Shown here: positions 20,025-29,832 of the stretch, piece after piece
Layout: every line of letters begins with the position of its first letter
How positions within the stretch are numbered: the first letter of the stretch is position 1
Assembly (NCBI GenBank): GCA_041640655.1
Contig: JBEPZV010000018.1
Span: 1-46,526 of the forward strand
Direction: 5' to 3'
Source: a bacterium
GTDB lineage: Bacteria; Acidobacteriota; Blastocatellia; HR10
Length of the DNA: 46,526 nt
Notes under the pieces: generated by a model
Told to the model about the DNA's origin: nothing
The model's input: only the letters and a program-made list of their open reading frames with translations
Databases searched by the model: none
Made by a program: the position numbers and the translations under genes

Positions 20025-20519
20025 TCATCGTTCTCGAATGCTCGCCATGCTCTCGGCGTACGTGAGCACGCGACCTCCGTGCTGAGCCTGAAACGCCCGC
20101 GCATCGGATTCGCGCTCGAAGGCGATCAGACTCGGCAAGCACCGATCCCAGTGCCGCTCATACACGACGCCCGGCTCGCGCAAGGGCGTGGAGCGGCAAC
20201 AGGTCATCACCTCGCTCCCCTCCACATAGACGGCCCGCTCCGCGGCGATCCGCCGTCCGGAGGCGAAATCCGTCGCCCAGGCCGCGCGCACGCGCTCGGG
20301 CGTACGCAGCCGAGCGTGGAGGCCGCAACGCGGGCAGCAGGTCGGCTCGCGTTCGCCATCCTCCAGTTGGAGCACGAACATCTGCCCGGGATGGACCGAG
20401 CGACCGCAGACTCGACAGAGTGGCGCGTGCTCCTGCAGCACATGGGAGACGGCGAAATATCCGCCGATCCCAACGGCGAGGATCAGGACGATGCCGCCCA
20501 GAGCTGCGCGCCGTCGCAC
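20025..20519 (-). CDS. Membrane-anchored Cys-rich NosL-like metal-binding protein
   Basis: N-terminal TM; CRVCG, CCPRC, ATDF...[13 protein letters not shown]...ARAF...HGGRVL; SD GGAGG and a TATAAT at 20550-20555. Confidence 0.7.
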   Translation of the reverse strand: MRRRAALGGIVLILAVGIGGYFAVSHVLQEHAPLCRVCGRSVHPGQMFVLQLEDGEREPTCCPRCGLHARLRTPERVRAAWATDFASGRRIAAERAVYVEGSEVMTCCRSTPLREPGVVYERHWDRCLPSLIAFERESDARAFQAQHGGRVLTYAESMASIRER

Positions 20520-20666
20520 GGTCCGCCCTCCACGCGCAATCCAGGGAGAATTATACGCCTCATCCCCCGCCCAAGGGGAGAGCGCAGACGTCCCTTCGAT
20601 CGGTGGAGAAATTCCGCGATCGGTGCTAAACTAGCTGCCTCTCCACGAAGGAGGGTCTCGCCGACG

Positions 20667-21917
20667 ATGCGAGCGGACATGAGCCTTGAGGAGCAACTCG
20701 CCTATCTGAAGCGCGGCGTTGTGGACCTGATCCGTGAGGAGGACCTGCGGCGGAAGTTGGAGCGCTCGCGGGAGACGCGACGTCCGTTGCGGGTGAAGCT
20801 CGGCGCCGATCCCACGGCCCCCGATCTGCACCTGGGGCATACGGTCGTGCTCCGCAAGCTGCGCCACTTCCAGGAGCTCGGGCACACGGTCATCTTCCTC
20901 ATCGGCGACTTCACGGGCATGATCGGCGATCCGACCGGACGCTCGGCCACGCGCCCGCCGCTCTCGCGCGAGGAGATCCAGGCCAATGCCGAGACGTATA
21001 AACAGCAGGTCTTCAAAATCCTCGATCCCGAACGGACGGTGATCGAGTTCAACTCCCGATGGCTCGGCGCATTGCGGAGCGAAGACTGGATCCGCCTGAC
21101 GGCGAAAGTGACCGTCGCGCAGATCCTCGAGCGCGACGATTTCCAGAAGCGCCTGCGCGAGGGTTCACCGATCAGCCTCCACGAATTGCTCTATCCTGTC
21201 GCGCAAGCCTACGACTCGGTCGTGCTGCAGGCGGATGTCGAGCTGGGGGGGACGGATCAGAAGTTCAACTTGCTGCTCGGGCGCGATCTGCAGCGCGAGT
21301 TCGGGCAAGAGCCGCAAGTCGCCATGACGGTGCCCCTGCTCGTGGGCACCGACGGCGTGCAGAAGATGTCGAAGTCCTACGGGAACTACATCGGGATCAC
21401 GGACCCCCCTGATGAGATCTACGGCAAGGTCATGTCCATCTCGGACGAGCTGATGTGGACATACTATGAGTTGCTCACGGATGTCCCTGCGGAGGAGCTG
21501 GCCCGCTGGCGCGCTGAGGCCGAAGCGGGGCGCGTGAACCCGCGCGACCTGAAAGCACAATTGGCGCGCCGTCTGGTAGCGGAATTCCACTCCGAAGAGG
21601 CCGCGCGCCGGGCCGAAGAGGAGTTCAACCGCGTCTTCCGGGAGCGGGGCCTGCCGAGCGAGATTCCGGTCGTTCACCTTCTGGCATCGGTCGGGGATCA
21701 CGTGGAGTTGGCGCGCGTGCTCGTCCATTCGGGCCTGGCTCCCTCCATGCGCGAAGCGCGCCGCCTCATCGAGCAAGGCGGCGTGCAGGTGGAGGGAGAG
21801 CGCATCACCGATCCCCGCGCGCGGATCCTGGTGAAACCGGAGTTCGTGCTGCAGGTGGGCAAACGCCGATTCGTGCGCGTCCGCAGTCGGGAGACGCCCA
21901 GTCCCACGCCCACATGA
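20667..21917 (+). CDS. tyrS: Tyrosine--tRNA ligase
   Basis: [27 protein letters not shown]-terminal S4 domain; start 20667 or 20679; TGcTAAACT upstream (20624-20632). Confidence 0.97.
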   Translation: MRADMSLEEQLAYLKRGVVDLIREEDLRRKLERSRETRRPLRVKLGADPTAPDLHLGHTVVLRKLRHFQELGHTVIFLIGDFTGMIGDPTGRSATRPPLSREEIQANAETYKQQVFKILDPERTVIEFNSRWLGALRSEDWIRLTAKVTVAQILERDDFQKRLREGSPISLHELLYPVAQAYDSVVLQADVELGGTDQKFNLLLGRDLQREFGQEPQVAMTVPLLVGTDGVQKMSKSYGNYIGITDPPDEIYGKVMSISDELMWTYYELLTDVPAEELARWRAEAEAGRVNPRDLKAQLARRLVAEFHSEEAARRAEEEFNRVFRERGLPSEIPVVHLLASVGDHVELARVLVHSGLAPSMREARRLIEQGGVQVEGERITDPRARILVKPEFVLQVGKRRFVRVRSRETPSPTPT

Positions 21918-21940
21918 TTCCCCCTCAGGAGGTGATGAAG

Positions 21941-23173
21941 ATGACAAGACTCACGCTTGTGCTCGCCCTCTTCCTCATCGGGAGCGCGATCCCACCGGCC
22001 GACGCCCTGCAGCAGCCGCCCTCGGAGGAGAAGCTGTGGGCGGAAGCGCTGCGCATCCACCGGGAGGCCATCGTCGTGGATACCCATTCGGATGTGACCT
22101 CGCGCATGCTCGACGAAGGCTTCGATATCGGCCGGCGGGCGAACGATGGGCACATGGACATCCCCCGCATGAAGGAGGGGGGCATTGACGCGCAGTTCTT
22201 CGCCATCTACGTCGCCGCGCGCTATGCGCGCGAAGGCGGCGCGGCTCGCCGCGCGCTCGATATGATTGACGTCGTCTATCAAGCCCTGGAGCGGTATCCG
22301 AACGACCTGGAATTGGCGCTCTCGGCCGAGGATATTCGCCGCATCGCCCGCTCGGGGAAGATCGCCGTGCTCATGGGGATCGAGGGGGGGCATGCCATCG
22401 AGGACAGTCTCGGCGCACTGCGCATGTTCTACCGGCTGGGCGTCCGCTACATGACGCTCACGCATACGAACACGAACAATTGGGCTGACTCCTCCGGGGA
22501 TGCGCCTCGCCACAACGGGCTCACGGACTTCGGCCGTCAGGTCGTCCGGGAGATGAATCGGCTCGGCATGCTCGTGGACATCTCTCATGTCTCGGATAAG
22601 ACCTTCTTCGACGTCCTGGAGACGACGCGCGCCCCGGTGATCGCCTCTCACTCCTCGGCGCGCGCGCTCACGAACATCCCGCGCAATATGAGCGATGACA
22701 TGCTCCGCGCGCTGGCGCGAAACGGCGGCGTCGTGATGGTCAACTTCGGCTCCTGGTTCGTGGACCAGAGCTACGCAGAGGCAGAGGCCCAGCGTCGCGA
22801 GCGCCTGCGCCCGCAGCTGGAGGCCTTGCGCGCGCGCTACGCGGCTGATCCCGTTCGACTCCGTCAGGAGACCGAGCGGCTCCTTCGCGAGCATCCCCTC
22901 CCTCGCCCGCCGCTCAGCCGCCTGATTGACCATATTGACCACATCGTCAAAGTGGCGGGCATTGATCACGTCGGCCTCGGTTCGGACTTCGATGGCGTGG
23001 AGAGTCTGCCCGAAGGCTTGGACGATTGCTCGAAGCTCCCGCGCATCACCTACGAGCTGCTCAAACGCGGCTACAGCGAGCGGGACATCAAGAAGATCCT
23101 CGGCGAGAACTTCCTGCGCGTCTTCGCCCGCGCCGAGGAGGTCGCCCGCCAGATGCAGCGGGAGCGCCCATGA
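21941..23173 (+). CDS. Exported M19-family (renal dipeptidase-like) dipeptidase
   Basis: Signal peptide; DTHSD, GIEGGH, TLTH, DISH, ASHS, GLGSDFDG; SD AGGAGGTG. Confidence 0.92.
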   Translation: MTRLTLVLALFLIGSAIPPADALQQPPSEEKLWAEALRIHREAIVVDTHSDVTSRMLDEGFDIGRRANDGHMDIPRMKEGGIDAQFFAIYVAARYAREGGAARRALDMIDVVYQALERYPNDLELALSAEDIRRIARSGKIAVLMGIEGGHAIEDSLGALRMFYRLGVRYMTLTHTNTNNWADSSGDAPRHNGLTDFGRQVVREMNRLGMLVDISHVSDKTFFDVLETTRAPVIASHSSARALTNIPRNMSDDMLRALARNGGVVMVNFGSWFVDQSYAEAEAQRRERLRPQLEALRARYAADPVRLRQETERLLREHPLPRPPLSRLIDHIDHIVKVAGIDHVGLGSDFDGVESLPEGLDDCSKLPRITYELLKRGYSERDIKKILGENFLRVFARAEEVARQMQRERP

Positions 23174-23276
23174 CGCGCGCACCCGGCGGCCCTCGAGCAT
23201 CGCGTGGGAGGGAACGCTTCGTGAGCCGAACGCCCTCGCTCGGGCGATCCCCCCTCGCCTTCGAACGGAGGAGGAC

Positions 23277-23549
23277 ATGAACTGGCACGCCTTCCTGACG
23301 ACGTTCGCCCTCATCTTCCTCGCCGAGATGGGCGATAAGACGCAACTGACGGCCATCAGCATGGTCTCCCGCACGAAGTCTCCGCTGGCGGTCTTCTTGG
23401 GCGCCTCCCTGGCCATGAGCGTCGTGACGTTGCTGGGGGTCCTCGGGGGAACGTTGCTCGTGCGCTACGTTCCCGAAGAGTACATGCGCAAGATCGCCGC
23501 GAGCGCCTTCATCCTCATCGGCCTGGCGATGCTTCTCGGAAAATGGTGA
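23277..23549 (+). CDS. Single-repeat UPF0016 (TMEM165/GDT1) Mn2+/Ca2+ transporter
   Basis: FLAEMGDKTQL motif, three hydrophobic helices, 90 aa; SD GGAGGAGG. Confidence 0.9.
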   Translation: MNWHAFLTTFALIFLAEMGDKTQLTAISMVSRTKSPLAVFLGASLAMSVVTLLGVLGGTLLVRYVPEEYMRKIAASAFILIGLAMLLGKW

Positions 23550-23554
23550 GCGCT

Positions 23555-23593
23555 GCGGGTTCGCGAGCGGCATCGGCGGAGCGGCGAACCCGC
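23555..23593 (+). terminator. Possible terminator hairpin after the UPF0016 gene
   Basis: Perfect 10-bp inverted repeat GCGGGTTCGC...GCGAACCCGC starting 5 nt after the stop; large loop and weak U-tract. Confidence 0.35.
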
Positions 23594-23594
23594 G

Positions 23595-23624
23595 TTGCCC
23601 TTCCCGCGGCGGGAAATTTATAAT
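23595..23624 (+). promoter_or_regulatory. sigma70 promoter TTGCCC-18-TATAAT for leuS operon
   Basis: Consensus -10 at 23619-23624; spacer holds the palindrome TTCCCGC-G-GCGGGAA. Confidence 0.65.
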
Positions 23625-23669
23625 GAAAACTCGCGACCGACGCGAAGATCACGCGCGAGGCGATCGGCG

Positions 23670-26213
23670 ATGAAAGCGAAGTATTACCCGCACGAGGTCG
23701 AGGCGAAGTGGCAGGCCCGATGGGAACAGGAGCGGGCGTTTGAGGTTGACGTTGACCCCACGCGCCCGAAGTTCTATTGCTTGGAGATGCTGCCGTATCC
23801 GTCGGGCCGCCTCCACATGGGGCATGTCCGCAACTACACGATCGGCGATGCCCTCTCCTGGTACAAACGCCTGCAAGGGTACAACGTCCTGCATCCGATG
23901 GGGTGGGATTCCTTCGGGCAACCGGCCGAACAGGCGGCGATCAAGCGCGGGATTCATCCGGCGGTCTGGACCGAGGAGAACATCGCCTACATGCGGCAGC
24001 AACTGCGCCGGCTCGGCATCAGCTATGATTGGCGCCGCGAGATCGCCAGCCATACGCCCGAATACTACCGATGGAATCAGTGGTTCTTCCTCAAGATGTA
24101 CGAGCGGGGGCTCGTCTACCGGAAGCTCTCGCCCGTGAACTGGTGCCCGCAATGTCAAACGGTCCTCTCGAACGAGCAAGCGCAAGGCGGATGCTGGCGC
24201 TGCGGCTCGGCGGTCGAGCAGCGGCAGCTCGAACAATGGTTCGTGAGGATCACTGAGTACGCGGAGGAATTGCTGCGTGGTCTGGAGGAGCTCGGCGATG
24301 GATGGCCCGAACGGGTGCGCACGATGCAGCGGAATTGGATCGGGAAGAGCGTGGGGGCGACGGTGGACTTTCGCATCGAGGGGCGCGACGACGCCATCTC
24401 GATCTTCACCACGCGCATTGATACGATCTGCGGGGCCAATGCCGTGCTCCTGGCGCCCGAACATCCCCTGGCGCGACAATTGGCCGAAGCTTCGGCGCAT
24501 CGCGCTCGCGTGCTCGACTTCATCGCGCGCCTGGAGAAGATGGATCGGCGCGCCCGCTCGGCCGAGGATATGGAGAAGGAGGGCGTGGAGACCGGATTCT
24601 ACGCCCGCAATCCCTTCACCGGCGAACGGCTCCCCATCTGGATCGCGAATTTCATCCTGATGGAGTACGGGACGGGGGCGATCATGTCTGTGCCAGCGCA
24701 TGATCAGCGCGATTTCGAGTTCTCGCGGAAATACGGCCTGCCCATCCGACAGGTGATCGCGCCGCTGGATGAAGAGGGGCGCCCGATCATCTTCGCCGAG
24801 CTGACGGAGGCGTACGAGGGCGAGGGGGTCCTGATCCATTCGGGGCCCTTCGATGGGCTGGCGTCGGAAGAGGCGCGGCGTCGCATGACCGAATATGCGG
24901 AGCAGCAGGGATTCGGACGCGCCACCGTTCACTACCGCTTGCGCGACTGGGGCATCTCGCGCCAGCGGTATTGGGGCACGCCCGTCCCGATGATCCACTG
25001 CCCGCGATGCGGGATCGTCCCGGTGCCGGAAGATCAGCTCCCGGTCATCCTCCCCCCGGACGCGCCGTTCACGGGCGAGCGGGGATCTCCCTTGGATCAC
25101 GTCCCGGAATTCGTCCATACGAGCTGCCCGAAATGTCACGGGCCGGCGCGTCGCGATACGGACACGATGGACACCTTCGTGGACTCCTCCTGGTACTACT
25201 TCCGATATTGCGATCCGAAGAACGACCGGGCGCCCTTCGATCCCGAGATCGTGCGCTACTGGCTGCCCGTGGATCAGTACATCGGCGGGATCGAGCACGC
25301 CATCATGCATCTGCTCTACACCCGCTTCTGGTGCAAATTCATGCGCGACCTGGGGCTGGTCGAATTCTCCGAGCCCGTCACGCGCCTGCTCACGCAAGGC
25401 ATGGTGCTCAACATCGTCACCGAAGGCCCGTATGCCGGCCGGTGGATGGCCATGTCGAAATCGCTCGGCAACGGCGTGGATCCCGATGAGATGATCCAGA
25501 AGTACGGCGCGGATACGCTGCGCATCTTCATCCTCTTCGCCGCTCCCCCGGAGAACGAGCTGCAATGGAAGGAAGAGGGCGTCGAAGGCGCGTTCCGCTT
25601 CCTCCGCCGCATTCACGCGCTGCTGTGGAAATGGCACGAGGTCCTCGCTCGCCGCTTCGCGACGCTCCCGCAGCCTGAGTCGGAACACCTCACGCCCGAG
25701 CAGCGAGCGTTGCGGCGAAAGACGCATCAGACGATCCGGGGCGTGACCGAAGACATCGAGTCGCATTTCCAGTTCAACACAGCGATCGCGAAGCTGATGG
25801 AGCTGTTGAACGCCATCGGGGATTTCGAAGCGCGCTTCCGCGCGGTGGAGGAGGCCACCGAGGCCGATCTCTATGTCCTCGGCGAGGCGATCCACGCGCT
25901 GGTCGTGATGCTCGCGCCTTTCGCTCCGCACTTCGCCGAGGAGATGTGGGAGGCGCTCGGTCACTCCGAGAGCCTGGTGAAAGCCCGCTGGCCGAGCTCC
26001 GACGAACGATGGGCTCAGGCCGAGACGCTGGAGATCCCGGTGCAGGTCAACGGGAAGCTCCGCAGCCGCATCTTCCTGCCGCCCGGGACGCCGCCCGAGG
26101 AATATGAGCGCGCGGCCCTGGCCGATCCGAGAGTGCAGGCATTCATCGACGGGCGCAAGGTCATCAGAGTCATCGTCGTCCCCGATCGCTTGGTGAACGT
26201 CGTCGTGCGATGA
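23670..26213 (+). CDS. leuS: Leucine--tRNA ligase
   Basis: [13 protein letters not shown]1 editing domain ([15 protein letters not shown]), [16 protein letters not shown]. Confidence 0.97.
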   Translation: MKAKYYPHEVEAKWQARWEQERAFEVDVDPTRPKFYCLEMLPYPSGRLHMGHVRNYTIGDALSWYKRLQGYNVLHPMGWDSFGQPAEQAAIKRGIHPAVWTEENIAYMRQQLRRLGISYDWRREIASHTPEYYRWNQWFFLKMYERGLVYRKLSPVNWCPQCQTVLSNEQAQGGCWRCGSAVEQRQLEQWFVRITEYAEELLRGLEELGDGWPERVRTMQRNWIGKSVGATVDFRIEGRDDAISIFTTRIDTICGANAVLLAPEHPLARQLAEASAHRARVLDFIARLEKMDRRARSAEDMEKEGVETGFYARNPFTGERLPIWIANFILMEYGTGAIMSVPAHDQRDFEFSRKYGLPIRQVIAPLDEEGRPIIFAELTEAYEGEGVLIHSGPFDGLASEEARRRMTEYAEQQGFGRATVHYRLRDWGISRQRYWGTPVPMIHCPRCGIVPVPEDQLPVILPPDAPFTGERGSPLDHVPEFVHTSCPKCHGPARRDTDTMDTFVDSSWYYFRYCDPKNDRAPFDPEIVRYWLPVDQYIGGIEHAIMHLLYTRFWCKFMRDLGLVEFSEPVTRLLTQGMVLNIVTEGPYAGRWMAMSKSLGNGVDPDEMIQKYGADTLRIFILFAAPPENELQWKEEGVEGAFRFLRRIHALLWKWHEVLARRFATLPQPESEHLTPEQRALRRKTHQTIRGVTEDIESHFQFNTAIAKLMELLNAIGDFEARFRAVEEATEADLYVLGEAIHALVVMLAPFAPHFAEEMWEALGHSESLVKARWPSSDERWAQAETLEIPVQVNGKLRSRIFLPPGTPPEEYERAALADPRVQAFIDGRKVIRVIVVPDRLVNVVVR

Positions 26214-26274
26214 GCGCCTTCGCCCACGCTGCGACGTCTCTCGGTCGTCACCAGATCGGCGCGTGGAGGATCCG

Positions 26275-27237
26275 ATGAGGAAACCGATTCGTTTCGGTGT
26301 GCTCACGCAAACGCATCACACGAGCTGGGAGGAATTGCGTCGGACCTGGCATCTGCTCGATGACCTGGGGTATGACACGGCGTGGACGTTCGACCACTTC
26401 TTCCCCATCTTCGGCGATCCGTCCGGCCCCTGTCTGGAAGGATGGATCGCGCTGACGGCGCTCATGGCGCAGACCTCGCGCGTGCGCGCGGGCGTGCTCG
26501 TCACGGGGAATACGTATCGGCATCCGGCTGTGCTCGCGAAGATGGGGGCGACGCTCGATCACATCAGCGGGGGTCGCCTGATCCTGGGCCTGGGCGCCGC
26601 TTGGTTCGAGCGGGAGCATGTCGCCTATGGCATCCCCTTCTACACGATGGCCGAGCGCATTCGGCGCCTGGGCGAAGCGGCTCAGCTCATCAAACGCCTG
26701 TGGACGGAACCGCAGGTGACCTTCGAGGGACGATTCTACCGCCTGCAGGAGGCGTACTGTGAGCCGAAGCCGGTGCAGCGTCCGCATCCGCCGATCATGA
26801 TCGGGGGTGGGGGGGAGAAGTTGACGTTGCGCGTCGTCGCCGAACAGGCCGATCAATGGAACACGTTCGGCTCGCCCGAGGATTTCCGCAGGAAGATCGC
26901 TATCCTGCGCGAGCACGGTCGCGCCGTCGGGCGCAATACCGAGGAGATCGAAGTCTCCTGGGCCGGCGTCATGCACGTGACCGACTCGGCGAGCGAGAGG
27001 GCCACGCTCATGCAGGCGCTCGCCGAGACCTACGGCCGACCCGCGGAGGCCGTCGAGCCCACGGTCCTCGTGGGTTCGATCGAAGAGATCCTCGAGCGCA
27101 TCGGCCGCTATCTGGAGGTCGGCGTCACGCATTTCATTTGCGTCGCGCGGCCACCGTTTCATCACCCCTCGCTGCGCCAATTCGCCGAACGGGTCATCCC
27201 GAGAGTGCGCGCCGAGCACGGAGAGAGCGCGGCATGA
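26275..27237 (+). CDS. LLM-class, putatively F420-dependent oxidoreductase (Rv1855c/TIGR03560-like)
   Basis: WTFDHF, LEGWIAL, LVTGNTYRHPAVLAKM, DHISGGRL, IGGGGEKLTL. Confidence 0.88.
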   Translation: MRKPIRFGVLTQTHHTSWEELRRTWHLLDDLGYDTAWTFDHFFPIFGDPSGPCLEGWIALTALMAQTSRVRAGVLVTGNTYRHPAVLAKMGATLDHISGGRLILGLGAAWFEREHVAYGIPFYTMAERIRRLGEAAQLIKRLWTEPQVTFEGRFYRLQEAYCEPKPVQRPHPPIMIGGGGEKLTLRVVAEQADQWNTFGSPEDFRRKIAILREHGRAVGRNTEEIEVSWAGVMHVTDSASERATLMQALAETYGRPAEAVEPTVLVGSIEEILERIGRYLEVGVTHFICVARPPFHHPSLRQFAERVIPRVRAEHGESAA

Positions 27238-27752
27238 GGCGGAGCGCCATCGTCGGTGGGTTCTTCGCGCTCGTGCTCCTTGCGGGGCCGTGCGGGTACC
27301 GGCGCGCGTCCGTATCCCTGCCCGGCCATATCCGCACGCTCGCGATCCCGGCCTTTCAGAACACGAGTTTGCAGTATCGCGTCGAGCATCGGTTCACGCA
27401 GGCCGTCATGGAGGAATTCCTGCGCCGCACGCGGCGCGTTCGCATCACGTCCGATCCCCAGCAGGCCGATGCGGTGCTGTTGGGGAACATCCGCTCACTC
27501 ACTCATCGCGGGGTCGTCCTCGATGAGACAGGGCGCGTCCGCGTGTATGAGATCGCAATCACCGTTGGCGTCACCCTGCGCGACCTCACCCGCAACGTGA
27601 TCCTCTTCGATCAACCGCGTTTCGTCTTCCGGGGCGAATATGAGATCCCGGAGGGCCCCGAGAGCCTCTTCGCGGAAGAAGGGCCGGCCCTGGATCGCAT
27701 CGCGCGCGAATTCGCGCGCAGCCTCGTCTCGTTCATCCTCTTCGGGACATGA
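27234..27752 (+). CDS. lptE: LPS-assembly lipoprotein LptE-family protein
   Basis: Hydrophobic signal + CGY, LPGHIRTLAIPAFQN; conserved position upstream of holA; ATGA overlap with previous gene. Confidence 0.8.
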   Translation: MRRSAIVGGFFALVLLAGPCGYRRASVSLPGHIRTLAIPAFQNTSLQYRVEHRFTQAVMEEFLRRTRRVRITSDPQQADAVLLGNIRSLTHRGVVLDETGRVRVYEIAITVGVTLRDLTRNVILFDQPRFVFRGEYEIPEGPESLFAEEGPALDRIAREFARSLVSFILFGT

Positions 27753-28858
27753 CGAAGCGGCTCACGCCCGAGGCCTTCCGAAAAGCCCTGGAGCGGGGGG
27801 AGATCGAACCGCTCTACCTCTTCACCGGATGGCTGCCGGAGGGCGCGCGGCGGACCGGGGAGGAGCCGATGTCTGCCCCGGAGGAATATCTGCTCGGCGA
27901 AGCTCTGCGCGCGCTCATCACCCGGGCGCTTGATCCGGCACACCGCGCGTTCAATCTCTCGCAATTCTCGGCGGTCGAGACGCCGCTTGCGGACATCCTG
28001 GCTGCGGCGCGTGAACTCCCCGTGTTCTCGCCCAGACGCCTGGTGATCGTGCGCGACCTGGATCAGCGACTGAAGGCTCCGGAAGGCATCTCAGGGGCTG
28101 CGGAGCCCGAGAGCGAGTCCGCGGCGCTCATCGAATACTTGAAACACCCGATCCCGACGACGACGCTTGTCTTCATCCTCGAACGCGTGGACCGCCGGCT
28201 GACGATTGTCACCGCCCTGATGAAGGCGTGCACGATCGTCGAATTCCGACGCCTCTCTGAACGAGAGGCGCTCGAATGGGTGAAGGGATATGTGCGCCGC
28301 CATCACGGCACCATCGAGGATGCGGCGGCGGCCGCTCTCGTGGGCTTGGTGGGAGCGGACCTGATGCTCCTGGCCGCTGAGCTGGACAAGCTCCTCACGT
28401 TCGTCGGCGAGCGCGGCCACATCACGCGCTCGGATGTAGAGGCGCTGACCGTGCGCCATCGCGAACACTCGAACTTCGAGCTGACGGATTGGATCCTCGC
28501 GCGCCGACCGGCGGCGGCCTGGCGCATCTTGCGCCGCCAACTCGATGCGGGCGAGGAACCGGTGAAGATCCTGGGCGCCATCGCCAGCCTCTACCGGCGC
28601 ATGCTCCTCGCCAAAGAACTGATGGCGCGCGGCGCGCCGAGCGCGGAGGTCGCGCGCGCGGCGGGACTGCCACCGCTGGCCGCCGGGAGATTCAACGAAC
28701 ACGTGCGACGCATCCCGCGCGAGGAGATCATCGCCGGCCTCCAGCAGATCGCGCGCGCGGATGACGCGCTCAAAAATTCGCTCGGGCCTCCTGACGCTCT
28801 TCTTGAATTCTTGATCTATTGCCTGTGCGCACCGGTCGAGGAGGAGACGACCGTCTGA
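27749..28858 (+). CDS. holA: DNA polymerase III delta subunit
   Basis: PLYLFTG...EEYL, FN, ELPVFSPRRLVIV, ELDKL, NFELTD; leuS-lptE-holA synteny. Confidence 0.88.
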   Translation: MTKRLTPEAFRKALERGEIEPLYLFTGWLPEGARRTGEEPMSAPEEYLLGEALRALITRALDPAHRAFNLSQFSAVETPLADILAAARELPVFSPRRLVIVRDLDQRLKAPEGISGAAEPESESAALIEYLKHPIPTTTLVFILERVDRRLTIVTALMKACTIVEFRRLSEREALEWVKGYVRRHHGTIEDAAAAALVGLVGADLMLLAAELDKLLTFVGERGHITRSDVEALTVRHREHSNFELTDWILARRPAAAWRILRRQLDAGEEPVKILGAIASLYRRMLLAKELMARGAPSAEVARAAGLPPLAAGRFNEHVRRIPREEIIAGLQQIARADDALKNSLGPPDALLEFLIYCLCAPVEEETTV

Positions 28859-28875
28859 GGGCATTCGCTCGGCCA

Positions 28876-29715
28876 TCAGGAAGGCGCTTCGCCGAGGACG
28901 AAGCGGCGGAGGGCCTGAGCGAGCCCATCCTCATCGTTGGTCCCCGTCACATAGTCGCCGAGCGCTTTCAGCTCCTCCTCCGCATTGCCCATCACGACGC
29001 CGAGCCCCGCGTAGGCGAGCATCTCCGCATCGTTGCGATTGTCCCCGACGACCATGATCTCCGAAGGCGCAATGCCCCATCGGCGCGCCAGATGATCGAG
29101 CGCTCGGGCTTTCGAGCATTCGGGCGAGACGAAATCGAGCAACGCCATATCGCGCTGCGGATACTCGGTGCGCCACACGCGCACGCGCCCGCGGAACTCT
29201 TCCTCGATCACCTCCGCGAAGCGGCGGGCTCTCGCCCACCGGTCAACCGTCGTCAGCGCGAGCACCGCGTGATCGGCATATCGCAGCACGTCGGGCACCA
29301 CGTCGGGGGGATGCCGCCACCGACTCACGTAACGAAGGAGCTGCCCGTTCTCCGGTGCGATGGGTTCGATCACGGCGCGGTCTTCTCCATCGAGATCGTC
29401 GAAGCAGATGAGGTCCATTCGATGCGCACGCGCCCGACGAATCAGTTCGCGCGCCGTCTCGCTCGGGAGCCGGTACGCGGCGAAGATCCGCCCCGCGACA
29501 TCCTTCACGAGCGCCCCATTATGCAGGATGAGCGGCGTCGTCAGTCCCAGCTCTTCCGCGAACGGACGCGCGTGGGGGAAACTCCGACCGGTGACCAGGA
29601 CCACGCGCACTCCGCGATCGAGGACATCGCGGATCGCGGCTCGCGTCGCCGGTGAGATCACCCGCGCCGATGTCAGTAGCGTCCCGTCTATGTCAACGGC
29701 CACGAGCTTCACCAT
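28876..29715 (-). CDS. Cof-type HAD-IIB hydrolase
   Basis: DIDGTLL, VTGR, HNGA, SK, GDNRNDAEML, MGNA. Confidence 0.93.
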   Translation of the reverse strand: MVKLVAVDIDGTLLTSARVISPATRAAIRDVLDRGVRVVLVTGRSFPHARPFAEELGLTTPLILHNGALVKDVAGRIFAAYRLPSETARELIRRARAHRMDLICFDDLDGEDRAVIEPIAPENGQLLRYVSRWRHPPDVVPDVLRYADHAVLALTTVDRWARARRFAEVIEEEFRGRVRVWRTEYPQRDMALLDFVSPECSKARALDHLARRWGIAPSEIMVVGDNRNDAEMLAYAGLGVVMGNAEEELKALGDYVTGTNDEDGLAQALRRFVLGEAPS

Positions 29716-29722
29716 CAGCATC

Positions 29723-29757
29723 ACCGTACCTGCGCCTTGAATGATTCGTCAAGGCGC
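29723..29757 (-). promoter_or_regulatory. sigma70 promoter TTGACG-18-TACGGT for leaderless Cof gene, overlapped by a perfect 9-8-9 inverted repeat
   Basis: -35 at 29747-29752, -10 at 29723-29728, 7 nt to ATG 29715; GCGCCTTGA-N8-TCAAGGCGC at 29732-29757. Confidence 0.55.
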
Positions 29758-29832
29758 GATCCTCCCCTTTTTGACGTTGAGGCTCCGTTTCCCTTTCCCT
29801 CGATGGGGGAATTATGCTACGGTCATGGTCCT

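Noticed and set aside
20079..20666. Apparent long N-terminal extension of TyrRS (similar cases for the TPR, DUF3142, UPF0016 and LptE ORFs)
   Set aside because: Overlaps neighbouring real genes; homology motifs and start signals begin downstream
21698..26306. Long minus-strand ORFs 21698-23416 and 23649-26306
   Set aside because: Antisense to the dipeptidase and leuS; shadow ORFs
27280..27299. LptE lipobox with Pro at -1 (LAGP-C)
   Set aside because: Atypical, but CGY and synteny still support LptE; processing cannot be judged without a predictor
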